From IMG/VR virus record IMGVR_UViG_3300022689_000116, positions 1-64,000 of that record: a stretch of DNA of 64,000 nt; one strand, 5' to 3'. This document shows positions 10,501 to 22,400 of this stretch, one piece after another. Position 1 is the stretch's first letter; every line of letters starts with the position of its first letter. The position numbers and the translations under genes were made by a program. The DNA comes from a virus. A model generated the notes under the pieces. It did not search any database. It was not told the DNA's origin and worked only from the letters and a program-made list of their open reading frames with translations.

Positions 10501-12073
10501 TGATGAAGATACTGGTACTGACAGTGATAATGAAAAAAGAGCTTTAAGTGAAAATTATGCTAAAAATTCAAATCTTTGTATTACAAACCGATCTATTTAT
10601 AATTATTTAGGAACTTCCATATCAGACGTAAATAGAGTGTATGAGAAAGATTCTATTCAATCTAAAAGATATTTTGATGTATTGGGTGATCTATTAAAAA
10701 CACTTCAATATAATGCTTATGAGAAGCCTGAATACGGTTATGAAAATGATTATAATTCCTTACAGGATTTAGATGTACCAGTTTATTCAGAAGTTGAACA
10801 GATTGAATATAATAAGAATAAAATAGTATTTAGTAAATTATTGCAAAATGAAAGTGCTTCTATAAAAGCTTTGAAAACATTTCTTGTAGATAATTATTAC
10901 ATTCTTAGTTCTGATAAAGGTGGTATTGTTAATATATTATCTGAAAATAATAATCTTTATATTCAATGTAAAAAAGGTTTATTGTTTGCTAGAATAAAAG
11001 ATTATATTAATAGTGATGGTAAGAATGTTTATCTTGGTACTGGTGATATATTTGATCGTGTCCCTGATGAGATAAAATTTGCTAGAAATCGTTCTATTCA
11101 TTGTTCTCATAAGTTATCGTCTTTAATGTTTGATTTTGGATATGCTGTATTTGATGATTATAATAAAATATTAGTTACCTTTAATGGTAAAGAATTAGAT
11201 ATTCTTAGTAATAAAAATGCTTCTCAGTTTTTTAATAAATATTTTGATTTTAGATTAGGTACATATAATCCTTTGAAGTATCAAACTGAAGGTGTTGTTT
11301 TAACTTATGATAGGTTTAATAAAAATTTACATATTATTTGTAGAAATAATAGTAACCCTGTTTATTTTAATTTATCTTTTAATTACGGTATTAATAATTT
11401 TTTAAGTTTTCACGATTGGATTGGAGATATTCATATACAGCATAGAGATAATTTGTTAAGTATAAATCATAACGATGTTAGTGCTATTAATACTAATCCT
11501 TTGTTGAAGTATAATAAATTAGCTCCTGTTTTATATGCTCATAACAATAAATCAAAAAGAGCTATATTTTATAATGCAACTCTTTATAGTTCATATATGG
11601 ATATTATTATAAATGGTGGTACTCCTGAAAGTAAATTAATAGAAGTTATAAGGTGGAAAACTGAAGTTATTGATTTGTATAATAATATTAGTATGTATGA
11701 CAAAACATTCACTAAGATTATGCTTTATAATAAAGATCAATGTAGCGATTTTATTGATCTTGATAATCCTGCTCATGATTCTGATTGGTTTGATATGATT
11801 CAAAGAAATATTAATAACGAGTGGTTGTTTAATGCTTTTAGCGATGGTCGTATAAGTGATTTAGCTCCATTTATAACTAGTATTTTTAGAACACTTAATA
11901 CTTCTAATGTAAATACTTCTTCTAAAGATTGGTTTAACAATAGTGTTTTTGAAGGAGAATATGTCGTTATTCGATTGCTTTATAATAATGAAATTGATGG
12001 TATAACTGGAACTAATCAACATGAGATTGTATTTAATAGTATTGACGTTGAAGGTAAAATTTTAAAAAGATAA
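7595..12073 (+). CDS. tail stabilisation (muzzle) protein, P22 gp10-like
   Basis: 1492 aa, beta-rich; KTFAPGEVYSLYIYF, MGYWENE..HHRFP and FLSFHDW motifs typical of crAss-like muzzle proteins. Confidence 0.75.
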   Translation: MDINKGLVLDGLDINKPNGSWAVAKNILISEGWKSVKNEYGFDDLDDIEDYIQTFYDDETIYFNAVSSISNDEDIYIFGNIRDGNDLYMTIVKYDDVNDEYSIIMTTYESGLDYIFDHSLVIDIVYTYLPNGDFVLAWCNGISDTAIEPMVLNVDTRNEFVLKNNILVNEELIFLFPRTDHTIVNTEVVQNGNLLPGVYYITARFIFVDDSTSEWCMLSPAVKIGSNPDEITDDAIKIQIDTIRDIPRKGIEIAYIRKHKGIVKAYRYEKLNDIDSTDISSVNRFNVGTGVSLGNRTVRHLNRPRTSRGLTVTKDSDNVFSYVYDYEFVLTETKGYEIDIDSILVKRAFYDKCETVTLNNNKLYLGGVKEQKVDLHYENLAKQIYVEYTESTYDKGDPKNKTFAPGEVYSLYIYFVLKDSGLLSIPYNIPGRDAVLPDDADFLDLEKDTSGTVPSKVAGSIEFSTDLLKQDYKVNGINNISVTLILGEPVNFGVNDYIMFGDDFDIESSTFDDDFLDVIQSYYNTLSLAGKTQNFLFSRVVDGDGKKLIITHDITRIDEDYCYNSGYFYIRIHDGSSNVTDKFTTTNEEINIKRSFLMTGAYTPNYLGISPVTNMMGYWENESSVGGDKHHRFPTLRTLRSNGNSTFGLTSFARLGLKIYNIHIPESFKDKVDYIGVAVAKRTSEDKMYYGESLAFPYFKVSGTSNQYTTFTPELHKHRYTDFQVSPAASTPTYDTHGFALYNFDILNNDLRVNINQFVPAYTINYGSTKILELIGTGDIASYMGYLFNTKNASTAINAEEVVNVDFNAIVPHNTILNYDYDYVSDYGVNTNRSNYNRIARDNNVGSIYNKAGSKHIYCLTEDGKDFSNAYATAPTPSSNLNRVFPDSAATGGESTAGSKTITHTEFKLDFGSIYSYKRNVYVDPNNKDLFVLNKLVSIDDFNGTIEIDNDGDCVISEHLLNLTSDAYIDEDTGTDSDNEKRALSENYAKNSNLCITNRSIYNYLGTSISDVNRVYEKDSIQSKRYFDVLGDLLKTLQYNAYEKPEYGYENDYNSLQDLDVPVYSEVEQIEYNKNKIVFSKLLQNESASIKALKTFLVDNYYILSSDKGGIVNILSENNNLYIQCKKGLLFARIKDYINSDGKNVYLGTGDIFDRVPDEIKFARNRSIHCSHKLSSLMFDFGYAVFDDYNKILVTFNGKELDILSNKNASQFFNKYFDFRLGTYNPLKYQTEGVVLTYDRFNKNLHIICRNNSNPVYFNLSFNYGINNFLSFHDWIGDIHIQHRDNLLSINHNDVSAINTNPLLKYNKLAPVLYAHNNKSKRAIFYNATLYSSYMDIIINGGTPESKLIEVIRWKTEVIDLYNNISMYDKTFTKIMLYNKDQCSDFIDLDNPAHDSDWFDMIQRNINNEWLFNAFSDGRISDLAPFITSIFRTLNTSNVNTSSKDWFNNSVFEGEYVVIRLLYNNEIDGITGTNQHEIVFNSIDVEGKILKR

Positions 12074-12084
12074 ATATATAAGCT

Positions 12085-13836
12085 ATGAAAGTAAAATTAA
12101 AATCTGGTAAAGTTATTACTAAAAAAAGTAATAAAAAAGTTTTAGGAGCTGCTGCTTTGGTAGGGGGTGCTATTAAAATTGGTTCAACACTTATTAAAAA
12201 TAAACAAGAAAAGGATGCTTTAGCTAAGAAAACTAAACTTGAAAAAGACTTGGCTATTCAAAGTATTATGAATCAAAGTAATATGGATGATGAAAATGAT
12301 CAAACTTTTTATAATCAGAATCCTGAACTTATTCATGGTGTTTCTACTGAAATACAAGCTTTAGGTAAAAAAGGTAAACCTGTTGATCTTTCTAAAACAC
12401 AAAGTATTCCTGAACTTGAATTTGTTTATAAACGTAAACCTGTTGTTCCTATAGATATTAAACCTAGTAATAAATATTCTCCTAGTACAACTTCTGACTG
12501 GACTTATTATGATGCTCAAGATAAATGGGTTTCTAATAAAAGAGATAATAAAGGTAAACTTATTCAATTAAGTCCTGAAGAATTTCATGCTCAGAATCCT
12601 GATATTGTAACTCAAGCAGGTTATAGAAAAAAAGCTATGGGTGCCAAAGGTTTAAATCCTTTATCTTCTGATGCTGCTATAGTAAATGCTGGTTCTCATG
12701 AAAGTGGTAATGATCTTGATCTTGGCGATATGCAAGTTGAAGGAGAAGAAATTGTTAGAGATAATGGTGATGTTATGTCGGATAGAGTAAATGGTATTAG
12801 TATTGCTGAATATGGAGAATCATTAGCTAGTATAAAAGGTGCTTTAGAAAAAGCTTCAAGACGTCTTAATAATTCTCAAAGAGGAGATGTTAAAAATATT
12901 ATAAGAACTATTGATAAAGATATGGATGAAGCTGTTGCTAAACAAGAACTTATCAAAGATAATATGGGACTTAATGACGATGGTAGTGAAAAAAGTTTAG
13001 GTTTTAGTTATATGGGTGATATTGTTAATAAACAAGCTAAAAAGATGGCTAGAAAAGAATCTTTTGATCTTTTTAAAAAGAACGCTGGTAATTTTCTAAA
13101 TGAGAATGAAAATCTTATTACATCTGGTGTCGATGCGGGTGTTTCTGTATTAGATAATATTCTTAATGCAAGACTTTTAAAACAAACTCCTGAAATTCCT
13201 ACTCCTGTTTATAATAAAGCTGCCAATCTTAAAACTAAAATTGATGTTAGTCCTCAGATTAGAACTGTCAATGAAGAACGAGATAAGTTTGATGAAGTCA
13301 TTGATGAAAATACTCGTTCTAGTAATACAGCTATTCAACGTAAAAGAGCTAATAAAAATAGTGCTGTAAAAGCTATCAATGATATTAATTCTAAGAAAGC
13401 TAATATTGAAGTTGGACTTGAAAATCAAGATGCTATGAATAAACAACAAGTTCGTACTTCCAATGTATATACTGGAAATCAATTTAGTAAAGATAAGCAA
13501 GAAAGAGAAGTTGATATTATAAGTGCTAAATCACAGAATAATGCTAATCTTTCAGGAGATTTAACAAGTGTTGTTGATAAGTTTAGAATGGCTAATTTTC
13601 AAGACAAACAACTCCTCAATGATAGTCTTAACTATTCTGACACTGGTGCTAATGCTAAAGCAGTTATGAGTGGAAAAATTAATGGTTTTGTTCTTCGTAA
13701 CTATGATGCATTGCTTAAACAATTTGCTACTGCTGGTCGTAGAGATGCTATTAAATGGATGTATAAACTTCAAAATAATACTGACCCTAGTGATGAAGAA
13801 GTTGATAAAATAATTAGTGAAACACTTGCAAATTAA
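12085..13836 (+). CDS. virion cargo/ejection protein
   Basis: N-terminal GAAALVGGAI helix; GSHESG..VEGEEIV motif; lies between the muzzle and vRNAP genes. Confidence 0.55.
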   Translation: MKVKLKSGKVITKKSNKKVLGAAALVGGAIKIGSTLIKNKQEKDALAKKTKLEKDLAIQSIMNQSNMDDENDQTFYNQNPELIHGVSTEIQALGKKGKPVDLSKTQSIPELEFVYKRKPVVPIDIKPSNKYSPSTTSDWTYYDAQDKWVSNKRDNKGKLIQLSPEEFHAQNPDIVTQAGYRKKAMGAKGLNPLSSDAAIVNAGSHESGNDLDLGDMQVEGEEIVRDNGDVMSDRVNGISIAEYGESLASIKGALEKASRRLNNSQRGDVKNIIRTIDKDMDEAVAKQELIKDNMGLNDDGSEKSLGFSYMGDIVNKQAKKMARKESFDLFKKNAGNFLNENENLITSGVDAGVSVLDNILNARLLKQTPEIPTPVYNKAANLKTKIDVSPQIRTVNEERDKFDEVIDENTRSSNTAIQRKRANKNSAVKAINDINSKKANIEVGLENQDAMNKQQVRTSNVYTGNQFSKDKQEREVDIISAKSQNNANLSGDLTSVVDKFRMANFQDKQLLNDSLNYSDTGANAKAVMSGKINGFVLRNYDALLKQFATAGRRDAIKWMYKLQNNTDPSDEEVDKIISETLAN

Positions 13837-13855
13837 AAATATTATAACTACATTT

Positions 13856-13886
13856 AAACCTCTTATTTTTCAATAAGGGGTTTTTT
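13856..13886 (+). terminator. intrinsic terminator
   Basis: AAACCTCTTATT-TTTC-AATAAGGGGTTT followed by a T run. Confidence 0.75.
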
Positions 13887-13909
13887 AACAAACTTAAAAC
13901 AGTAATAAA

Positions 13910-16426
13910 ATGGCTGATGTACCTATTTTTTCGTATAATGAACAAAGACCTGCTTTTATTGGTAAAGATGTTGAAGGTATCAAATCTTTAAATCAGGCAA
14001 TGGAACAAAAATATAACATGAATAAGCAAAATTATACGCTTATTGGTGATACTCTTGATGCACTTCAACAGTTAGATGTTGATAGTCCTATTAAACAACA
14101 AGCTATTGATGAATTTCAAACTCAATTTGATGATATTGTTAAAAATGGTAATTATGAAGATGCTGGTAAAATATTAGATGTTGCTTCTAATAAGATAAAA
14201 CGTAATAAAGCTTTAAAACAATCTGTAAGTAATTATGCTACTTATGCTGAGTGGACTCAAAAACTTAAAGATGACCCTAAAGGTTGGACTGATAAAGAAA
14301 TTAATGCAATAGTTTCAAAAAGTGTTAATGAATATGGTGGAGTACAGATTGACCCTGAAACTGGAGAACCTGTTGGTACTTTTAACACTTATGACCCTGG
14401 TGAAAAGATTAATATACTAGATGAATTAGGTGAAGGTATAAAAGATTTTGCTGCTGATAAAGGTGTTAGTGAATTTCAAGCTAGACAATTATTTGAAGGT
14501 AACGATGTTAATTTTGTAGCTTCTCAAACTACTAAAGAAGAAGTTACTAAAGATGATCTTTTAAAATATATTAAGGTTTATTATAAATACGATCCTGCTA
14601 TTACTAAATACTATGAAACAATAAATGTTATCAATAGTCAAAAAACTCCTGAACAATTAGATTATGATTTTGTAAGTACTGTAAATGATGCTGTATTTCT
14701 TCCTAGTTATTATAATTCAATGCCTAAATCATTTAAGGATGCTGTTAAAAAAGGAGATCAAGAAACTATTGATAATGAACGTAATAAATTCTTAGAATAT
14801 TTCATTAAAAAAGAATATGGTAAGGATGTTAGTATTAGTAAGATAAGAGAAGATATTAAAAGTAATGATCCTGAGGTTGTTAGTTTGGCTAAACAAGAAT
14901 TAGCTCATATAAACACAGAATTAGGTAAAGCTATTGCTTTTAATCAAGTTGCTGAAAAAGATGCTTATACTAAAGAAACTATTTCTAATAAATTCTTTGA
15001 TGATGATGTAGCTATGTATATGTTAAAGCAAAGAAATGAAAATCCTAATTTTGCTTTTGATTTTACTACACAACTTACAAACACTAATAATCCTTTAGCT
15101 GGTAAAAAACCATTGGCTCACATGAATGATAAAATCAATACTTTAGATAGTAATAAAAATGTTTATCAAGAACAAATGCAACAAGCTGGAAAAGATGCTG
15201 TTGCTAATGGTGAAGCTACATGGAATCCAACTACTAAATCTTACGATTGGGAAAATGATAATTCTGAAAATAAAAGGTTGTATGATGTAGCTAAAGCTAA
15301 ATACAATAGAACACAATATGAATTAGAAGCTTCTAAAGCTGTTAAAAAAGAAGCTGATGCTTATGTGAATGATAAACTTAAAAATAGCCCAGAAGCAAAA
15401 GCTAGAGAAGCTGAAAAGAAAACTCTTAGAGTAAATATTACATCGGATATTGACAAGGCTATTCGAAAAGCTAAAGAAGAATTAAATGCTGTAGATGGTA
15501 AAGATTTGCTTCCTGGTATCAAAGATCATAAACGAAAGAAATATAATAAACGTATTAAAGGTTTAAATTCTTTAAAACAAACTATGTCTAATCCTGAACT
15601 TTCTTCTGATCTTCTTTATAATGAAGAAACAATGATTGAAATAAATGATTTATTAGTACAGTCTAATGTACCTTATAAAAATATTCTTAATTATATATCT
15701 TTAAACAAAAAAGATAACAAGGTTAAAGAAGAAGCTTATAGAGAATATTTTGACGGTAGAGCTGTTACTGAAAAATCATATACCATGATTAATATTAATA
15801 GTGATGTTTCTTTAGGTGCAAAACACGTTGAAGCTAGATATCCCAAAGACAAGTCTGCCCATGTTATGTTAGACGATAGAGGTGTACCTATGGAACAAGA
15901 TGATTATCCTGAACAAATTAAAATTAATGGTATAAGTGCAGAAGAATTTGAAGATGGTTCTATTTATTTTGAAGGTAGTCCTGGTATTCTTAATAAAAAA
16001 ACTAACAAGATAGAATATGATAATACTAAAAAAGTTTTTATGAATGTTATAAATTCTTCTGTTTTGTATAAATGGGCTACTGACGAAATTGATAATGAAA
16101 ATCCTGTTGTGGCAAATACTGCTAGAAACTTTCTTTATCCTAGTGGATTTGAAGTTATTGGAACTAACGTTTTAGGTGTTTATGTTCCATTAATGAAAGA
16201 TGGTTTGGAATATGGTAAAATAAAACTTAAAGCTACTCCTGATATAAATGGAAAACCTGATCAAAATAATGTATTTTATACATTCACTTTAAATCCTGAA
16301 ATTAGAAATAAAATAAATAGTAGAAAAGATGTTACTGATGCTGAAAAACTTCCTAGTACTATGACTTTTGATAGTAAAGTTGAAGCTGAACAAACTTTAG
16401 GAATTATTGAACAATTAAATAAGTAA
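13910..16426 (+). CDS. large virion cargo/ejection protein
   Basis: 838 aa, helical and charged, no Cys seen; upstream of the vRNAP. Confidence 0.6.
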   Translation: MADVPIFSYNEQRPAFIGKDVEGIKSLNQAMEQKYNMNKQNYTLIGDTLDALQQLDVDSPIKQQAIDEFQTQFDDIVKNGNYEDAGKILDVASNKIKRNKALKQSVSNYATYAEWTQKLKDDPKGWTDKEINAIVSKSVNEYGGVQIDPETGEPVGTFNTYDPGEKINILDELGEGIKDFAADKGVSEFQARQLFEGNDVNFVASQTTKEEVTKDDLLKYIKVYYKYDPAITKYYETINVINSQKTPEQLDYDFVSTVNDAVFLPSYYNSMPKSFKDAVKKGDQETIDNERNKFLEYFIKKEYGKDVSISKIREDIKSNDPEVVSLAKQELAHINTELGKAIAFNQVAEKDAYTKETISNKFFDDDVAMYMLKQRNENPNFAFDFTTQLTNTNNPLAGKKPLAHMNDKINTLDSNKNVYQEQMQQAGKDAVANGEATWNPTTKSYDWENDNSENKRLYDVAKAKYNRTQYELEASKAVKKEADAYVNDKLKNSPEAKAREAEKKTLRVNITSDIDKAIRKAKEELNAVDGKDLLPGIKDHKRKKYNKRIKGLNSLKQTMSNPELSSDLLYNEETMIEINDLLVQSNVPYKNILNYISLNKKDNKVKEEAYREYFDGRAVTEKSYTMININSDVSLGAKHVEARYPKDKSAHVMLDDRGVPMEQDDYPEQIKINGISAEEFEDGSIYFEGSPGILNKKTNKIEYDNTKKVFMNVINSSVLYKWATDEIDNENPVVANTARNFLYPSGFEVIGTNVLGVYVPLMKDGLEYGKIKLKATPDINGKPDQNNVFYTFTLNPEIRNKINSRKDVTDAEKLPSTMTFDSKVEAEQTLGIIEQLNK

Positions 16427-16432
16427 CTTATT

Positions 16433-19400
16433 ATGGCAAATAAAAATACAATTCAGGAAATAGTTGCACCTGAAACAAGTGATCTTCTTAAAGAAGTTCA
16501 AAAATATAGCAATGTTAAACCAAACCCTATTGATAAAACAAAACCACTTACTTCTATAAATAGTGCAAAACAGCAATCTAAAATTGGAGATACAAAAATT
16601 TCTACAGAAGATTTAAACGTTATAGGTAAATATCTTAGTCCTTATGGTGGTATATATCCCGGAACTGATTTTAGAGAGAAAGCTGCACAAGTTCAAACTA
16701 CAGGTAATAAATGGTTTAATGGAGTTGTTAAATTCACAGGTAGAGTTGGAACATCTTTTCTAGAACCTTTTGTAGATATTGGATATGGTATTCCTTCTAT
16801 AATGGCTACTGGTAAATTTTCTGCTTTATATGACAATGATATAACTCAAGCTTTTGATGAGTTTAATAATCATCTTCAAAAACAATTTCCTAATTTTTAC
16901 ACTCATGCTGAAACTGATTCTAAAGCACTTAGTTTAAAGAATCTTACATCTGCTAATTTTTGGGCTGATAAAGTTTTAGGTGGTGCTGCTTTTACAGTTG
17001 GTACATTACTTAATGCTTATGCTACTGCTGGTATTGGAACTGCCCTTAGAGGCGGAGCTGCTTTAAAAGCTTTTAGAGCCGGTTTTAAAGAAATGAGTTT
17101 AGCTGCTGAAACAGAAAATGCTTTGAAAGCTATTAGTAGTAAAGCTGCTAGGGTTAGAACTGGAGATGCTATTCAAAATCTTGCCACAACTATTTTATCT
17201 GTTGCTGGAGAATCTGGTGTTGAAGCTAGGGATTTAGGTAACACACTTAAAGCTCAAATGGCTGATTATGTTAAACAAGGTCTTATTAGTCAAGAAGAAG
17301 CTAGTCGTCAAATTGAAAATGCTATGAATCTTGCTTTTGCAGCTAATGTTGCGATTGTTGGTACTTCTCAATTTATCCAATTTGGTAAACTTTATTCTAG
17401 AGGTTTTAAATCTGACAAACTTAATATATTCAAATTAGTTAAAGAAGGTGGTACATTTAAACCTACTTTACCCGAAACTGGTTTTGGTAAATTTGTAGCT
17501 AAATCAGCTGGTGGTAGAGCTATACTCAAAGATATACTTACTGAGAGTAAAGAAGAAGGTTTACAATATCTTACTCAAAAAACTTTAGAATATAAGTATG
17601 GTGCTGAAGTTTCTAAAGATATGACTGAATCTATTTCGCATGGTTTTAAAGAACTATTTGGAACTAAAGAAGGTATTGAAAATATGCTTATTGGTGCTAT
17701 ACTTGGTGGTGGTAGCCATTTAGGTAAAGCTGTAACTGGTAATGCAGAAAATCCTTATACTGCAAAAGTAAATAAAAGTAATGTTGTTGCTGATCTTGCT
17801 AATAGATATTTTTCAGATGATAATAATAAACTTAGGGATTTAGTTTCTAATGTTGGAGTATATACTGCTGCCAATGAACGTAAAGAATACTATCTTTCTA
17901 AAGATGATATTTTTAATTATAAAAATGAAGAATCGCAAGAGTTTGCTTCAATGGTTAAGAGTTTTGCTGATCTTGGTGCTATGGATGTTCTTTATGAACA
18001 AGTAGATGAAATAACTTCTATGAATGATGAAGAATATAATAAGATGTTTGGACAAGCCGAAGATGTTAAAGTTACTAAATCTAGAGAAGAACTATCTAGA
18101 GAGATTAAAGAAAAAGCTGAAGCTTTAGATCGTATAAATACTAATATAAATACTGCTTTTAACAATCATATACCAGCATATAAAAATAATTTATTTTATG
18201 TTTCAGCTATGATTGATGATGGTCGTAGACGTGAAGCTATTCTCAAAAATGAATTATCAGAAGTTACTGGTATTCAATATGAAGATTTTGCTAAGTTGAG
18301 AACTCAGAATTATAAAGATAGAGAACTAGCTAAAATTGAAAAGTCTAATAAGACTCCCGAAGAAAAACAAAAAGCTATTGATGAATTAGAAAGTCTTAAT
18401 AAAGAAACTTTAGATGATGCTTATAGTAAAGCTATCAATAATTGGATAACTGATAATAATCCTGACCTTACCGATACTGAAATAAAAACTCTTACTACTA
18501 AGTTAGATGATCTTACTAGATTACATGACAGACGACAAAACTTTATTGATACTTATAATTATATGGTATCAGAAAAAGGTATGGAAAATACTACTTTTGA
18601 AGGACTTTCAAAGAGTGCTGATAAAGATGCTCAAGAATCTATTAAAGAACTTCAAGCTTTACAAGAGAAGTTTCAGAAAGATATTAATGAAGGAAAACTC
18701 AATAAAAAAGAGATTGATAAAGCTATTATTGATGCTGAAGCTTTATATAAACTTAATGGTAGGGAATCTTTTAATAAATTAAAGAAAAATCTTACTAAAT
18801 TAAGAGATAACTATTATAATAAAAAGGGGAGTGACAATTCTTCCAATCCTACCGGGAAATCGAACAATACGAAAAATACGAAAGTTGAAGATACTTCTGA
18901 CATTAATGAAACTAATGATGATACATCTGTAGCTGAACCTACTCAAGAAGAAGTTGATCTTGAACAAGTTATGGCTGATACCGAGTTAGAAGATATTAAT
19001 GATGAAGTTATAGAAGAAGGTGATGTTAAAAATGTTAGTGAATTAAGAAATTCTAATCTTAGTCAAGATCAAGAAGGATTAATATTAGATGCTTTAGATG
19101 AAGCTAATAAACTTGAAGATACAGAAGGTGTTGATGAAGTTATAAAATCTCCTAAAAAGGTTAGTGGAGATCAAGCTAAGAAAGCTTTTATTCAACTATT
19201 TGATAGGCTTAGTCCTAATAGTATTTTCTCATGGAATCTTTCTAATAATATGCTTTATGATTTTGGAGCTATTATGGAAAAGATAAATGATGTTGCTGTT
19301 AAGAATGGTAAAGAACTTTCTCCTCAGGCTTTTCAAGTACTTCAAGGTTTTTATTTTGCATATGTTTATTCAACAGCTAAAGATCAAGCTAAGTATAAGA

Positions 19401-22400
19401 ATCCTATGTCTTATAAATATGCTGATTTAGAAAGTGCTGAAATAGCTCATCAAAATAGAGTTGCTGTAACTGTTCATGACGTTAATAAAAAATATACCAA
19501 AGATGTTGCTAAAGAAGATTTAGCAGATATGGAAACAAGACGTGTTGGTCGTGTTACAGAAAATGCTCATAGAACTGTTTCTGCTTTTAATAGAGCTTAT
19601 GAAAAAGTAAAAGGTGAGAATAAGTTTAGAGATTTAAACAATACTATTGTAAATCTTGCAGCTTTAGATTTTAATAAAGTTAATGTAGGAAGTACAATTA
19701 CTTTAAGAATACCTAAAAAGGTTGAACATACTGTTGATGGTATCCCTAAAGGAAAAGCTGAAATACTACAACGTGCTTTAAATAAAGAAAATCTTACTAA
19801 AGATGAATTAAGACAACTTACTATAGAAATGGTAGATGAAGATGGTAATACTATAGGCTATCTTCATACAGAAGAATGGGTTGATAATAAGTTTAAAATG
19901 ATTAAGGAAAATCATCCTGATCATTATAGTGATGAAAAGCTTCAAGAAGAAATGGATAATCTTCTTAGTATTAGAGCATCAGTTTATTTAAATGGTTCCG
20001 TAAAAACTACTGTAACTGGTCGTTCTAATGGTATTTTATTAAACTGGAAAAGTGATAATACAGATGCTGTTACAATTTCTGCTAAAACTGCTTTTCAAGA
20101 TGATAATCTTAAGTTCGGAATTGGTGATAGTGGTCGTGTTGAAATAGGTAATAATAGATCATCTAATGATATTGGTGAAGAACTTACTAATCCAGATAAG
20201 GTTGTAGATGGTATTACTTATGCTGTTTTACCAGTTAATAAAAATACAACTACTAATCAAGTTAAATATATATCTGTACCATTACAATCTATTAAAATTG
20301 GTAACCTTACGGATGAACAAAAACAAGCTAAGATTAAGAGTAGTATTGTAAATGCTATAAGGATATATATTACTAATGCTAATCCTGATGTAAAAGTAAA
20401 ACTTAGTGTTGAAGATCAAAATGTAGTTAAAGATTTAAAGAAGGCTGGTTATGATATTACAACTTCTACTGGATTAAATAATTATTTACAGAACTTTATT
20501 TATACTTTTAAAACTGTAGGTTTTAATTCAGAAGATAAAGCTGGAGAACTTCTTAGAACATTTCTTAAAAGTAAGAGTACTACAGATGTTGCAATTAAAG
20601 CCGGAACTAAGTATATAGAGTTTGGTAGTGGAGATGCTAATGGAGCAGGAGAAAACTATGTTGCAAAAATAACTAAAAAGGGGGTTGAATACTATATAGG
20701 TGGAGAACGTGTGAATCTATCTAAACAAGATAGTATTGATGAAGAAACTTTCTTTAAAGCATTGGGTGGTATAACTAATAAAGCTTATATTGCTAGTGAT
20801 AGTAAATTGATAAATAAGAAAGGTAAATTTAACCTTAATTATATTGTTGATGGGAAAGTTGAAACTAAAGAATATAAACAATATAATGATTATCTTAAAG
20901 AAAATTTTCTTACTGATATTTATGGTCATACAACTAAAGAAGGTAAAACTTATTATTCTATTCATCCTATAATCGAGTTTGATGATAGTTTTATCAAAGG
21001 TAAACAAAATACTAAACAAGTAGCAGATACTATAAGTGAAACAGAAGGTAAAGCAGAAAAAGAAGTTCGAGCTAAAGCTATGATTGAAAGAGCCATTACA
21101 GAAGTTATGAGTACTGGCGATATTATGGTTGGTGAAGAAACTTATACTCTCGAAGAAATATTACCTATTGGTAAACAAAGTACAGAAGGTGTTACTACTA
21201 TATATAAAGATAGTAAAGGAAAGAAAGTTAAAGTAACTGTTCCTATTACAGATATTGTAGATCAAAAGTATAGTAATAATGATATAGCTGATTTAATTTA
21301 TGCTAGGGTACGTACTGAAAGTAGCCCTGTAGAAAAGGAGATAACCAAAGAAACTCCTAGTGAACAAACAGGAGGTAAATTTAGTACTGATGAACTTGAT
21401 GATATAGCTTCTCAATTTGGAGAAACTAATAATACTAATGATGAAGTTATTAATGCTCCTATGCGAGTTGTTGATGATGAAATATTTAATCTTGAAGTTG
21501 ATTTAGGTATTCGTCATAATCCAAATGATACTAAACCTGTTTATAAACGTTGGTTACAAAGACAATATAAAGCGGTTCTTAAAAAAGCTATTGAACTTAA
21601 TTCTAAACTTAAAGATACCTCTTATAAGGTAAAGATTATTAAGATTGAGGGAGAGGTTGGAGATAACCGTGTTTATTTTGCTTTAAAAGCTGTTAGGAGA
21701 GTTGATGAACAAGTCATTAATTCTTTAATTAAAGAAAAAGATCTTTCTACTAATACTCTTAGACAGAATATTGATGGTACTCTATATATTGCAGACCTTA
21801 ATTTGGCTTTGCAAAATTCGACCATTGGCGACCTTAAAACAGCTATTATAAGACGTTTAAAAGAAGTTAGGGGTAACAGGTCATTAGAGAAACAGGTGCT
21901 TGAAACAAGCTTAAATGATGCTCTACAAGGCTATATTGACCTTAGAAATCAGTTCATAAGTGCAAAGAATCAAAGTACTGATAAAAACCGTATTGCACAG
22001 TATGATAAAACTATTACCGGATTAACAGATATTATAAATAATTTTGATACTCTTGCTAAGTTTGCAATTAACGAACTTGCTTCTATTAATTTATTAAGTG
22101 TTTCTACTAAAATTAAATTAGAAGGTGGTAAGATTAAAACTCAAGAGGTTGAAAAAACTATTGATAATAATATTTTAAATGAGAATGATGAAGATGATCC
22201 TGATACTGGTGTAGAAGATATGGATTCAAATGGTGAAGATACTGCTCATTTTGAAACTGAACATAGTATTAAAATAGATCATAAGAAAACTATTTCTAAA
22301 GAACTTAAACTATTTCTTAGTGATATTACTAATGATAAGATTGGCAGGACTATATTTGGAAAAGCTTTGCCTATGAGATTTGATACTGTTTATAATGATG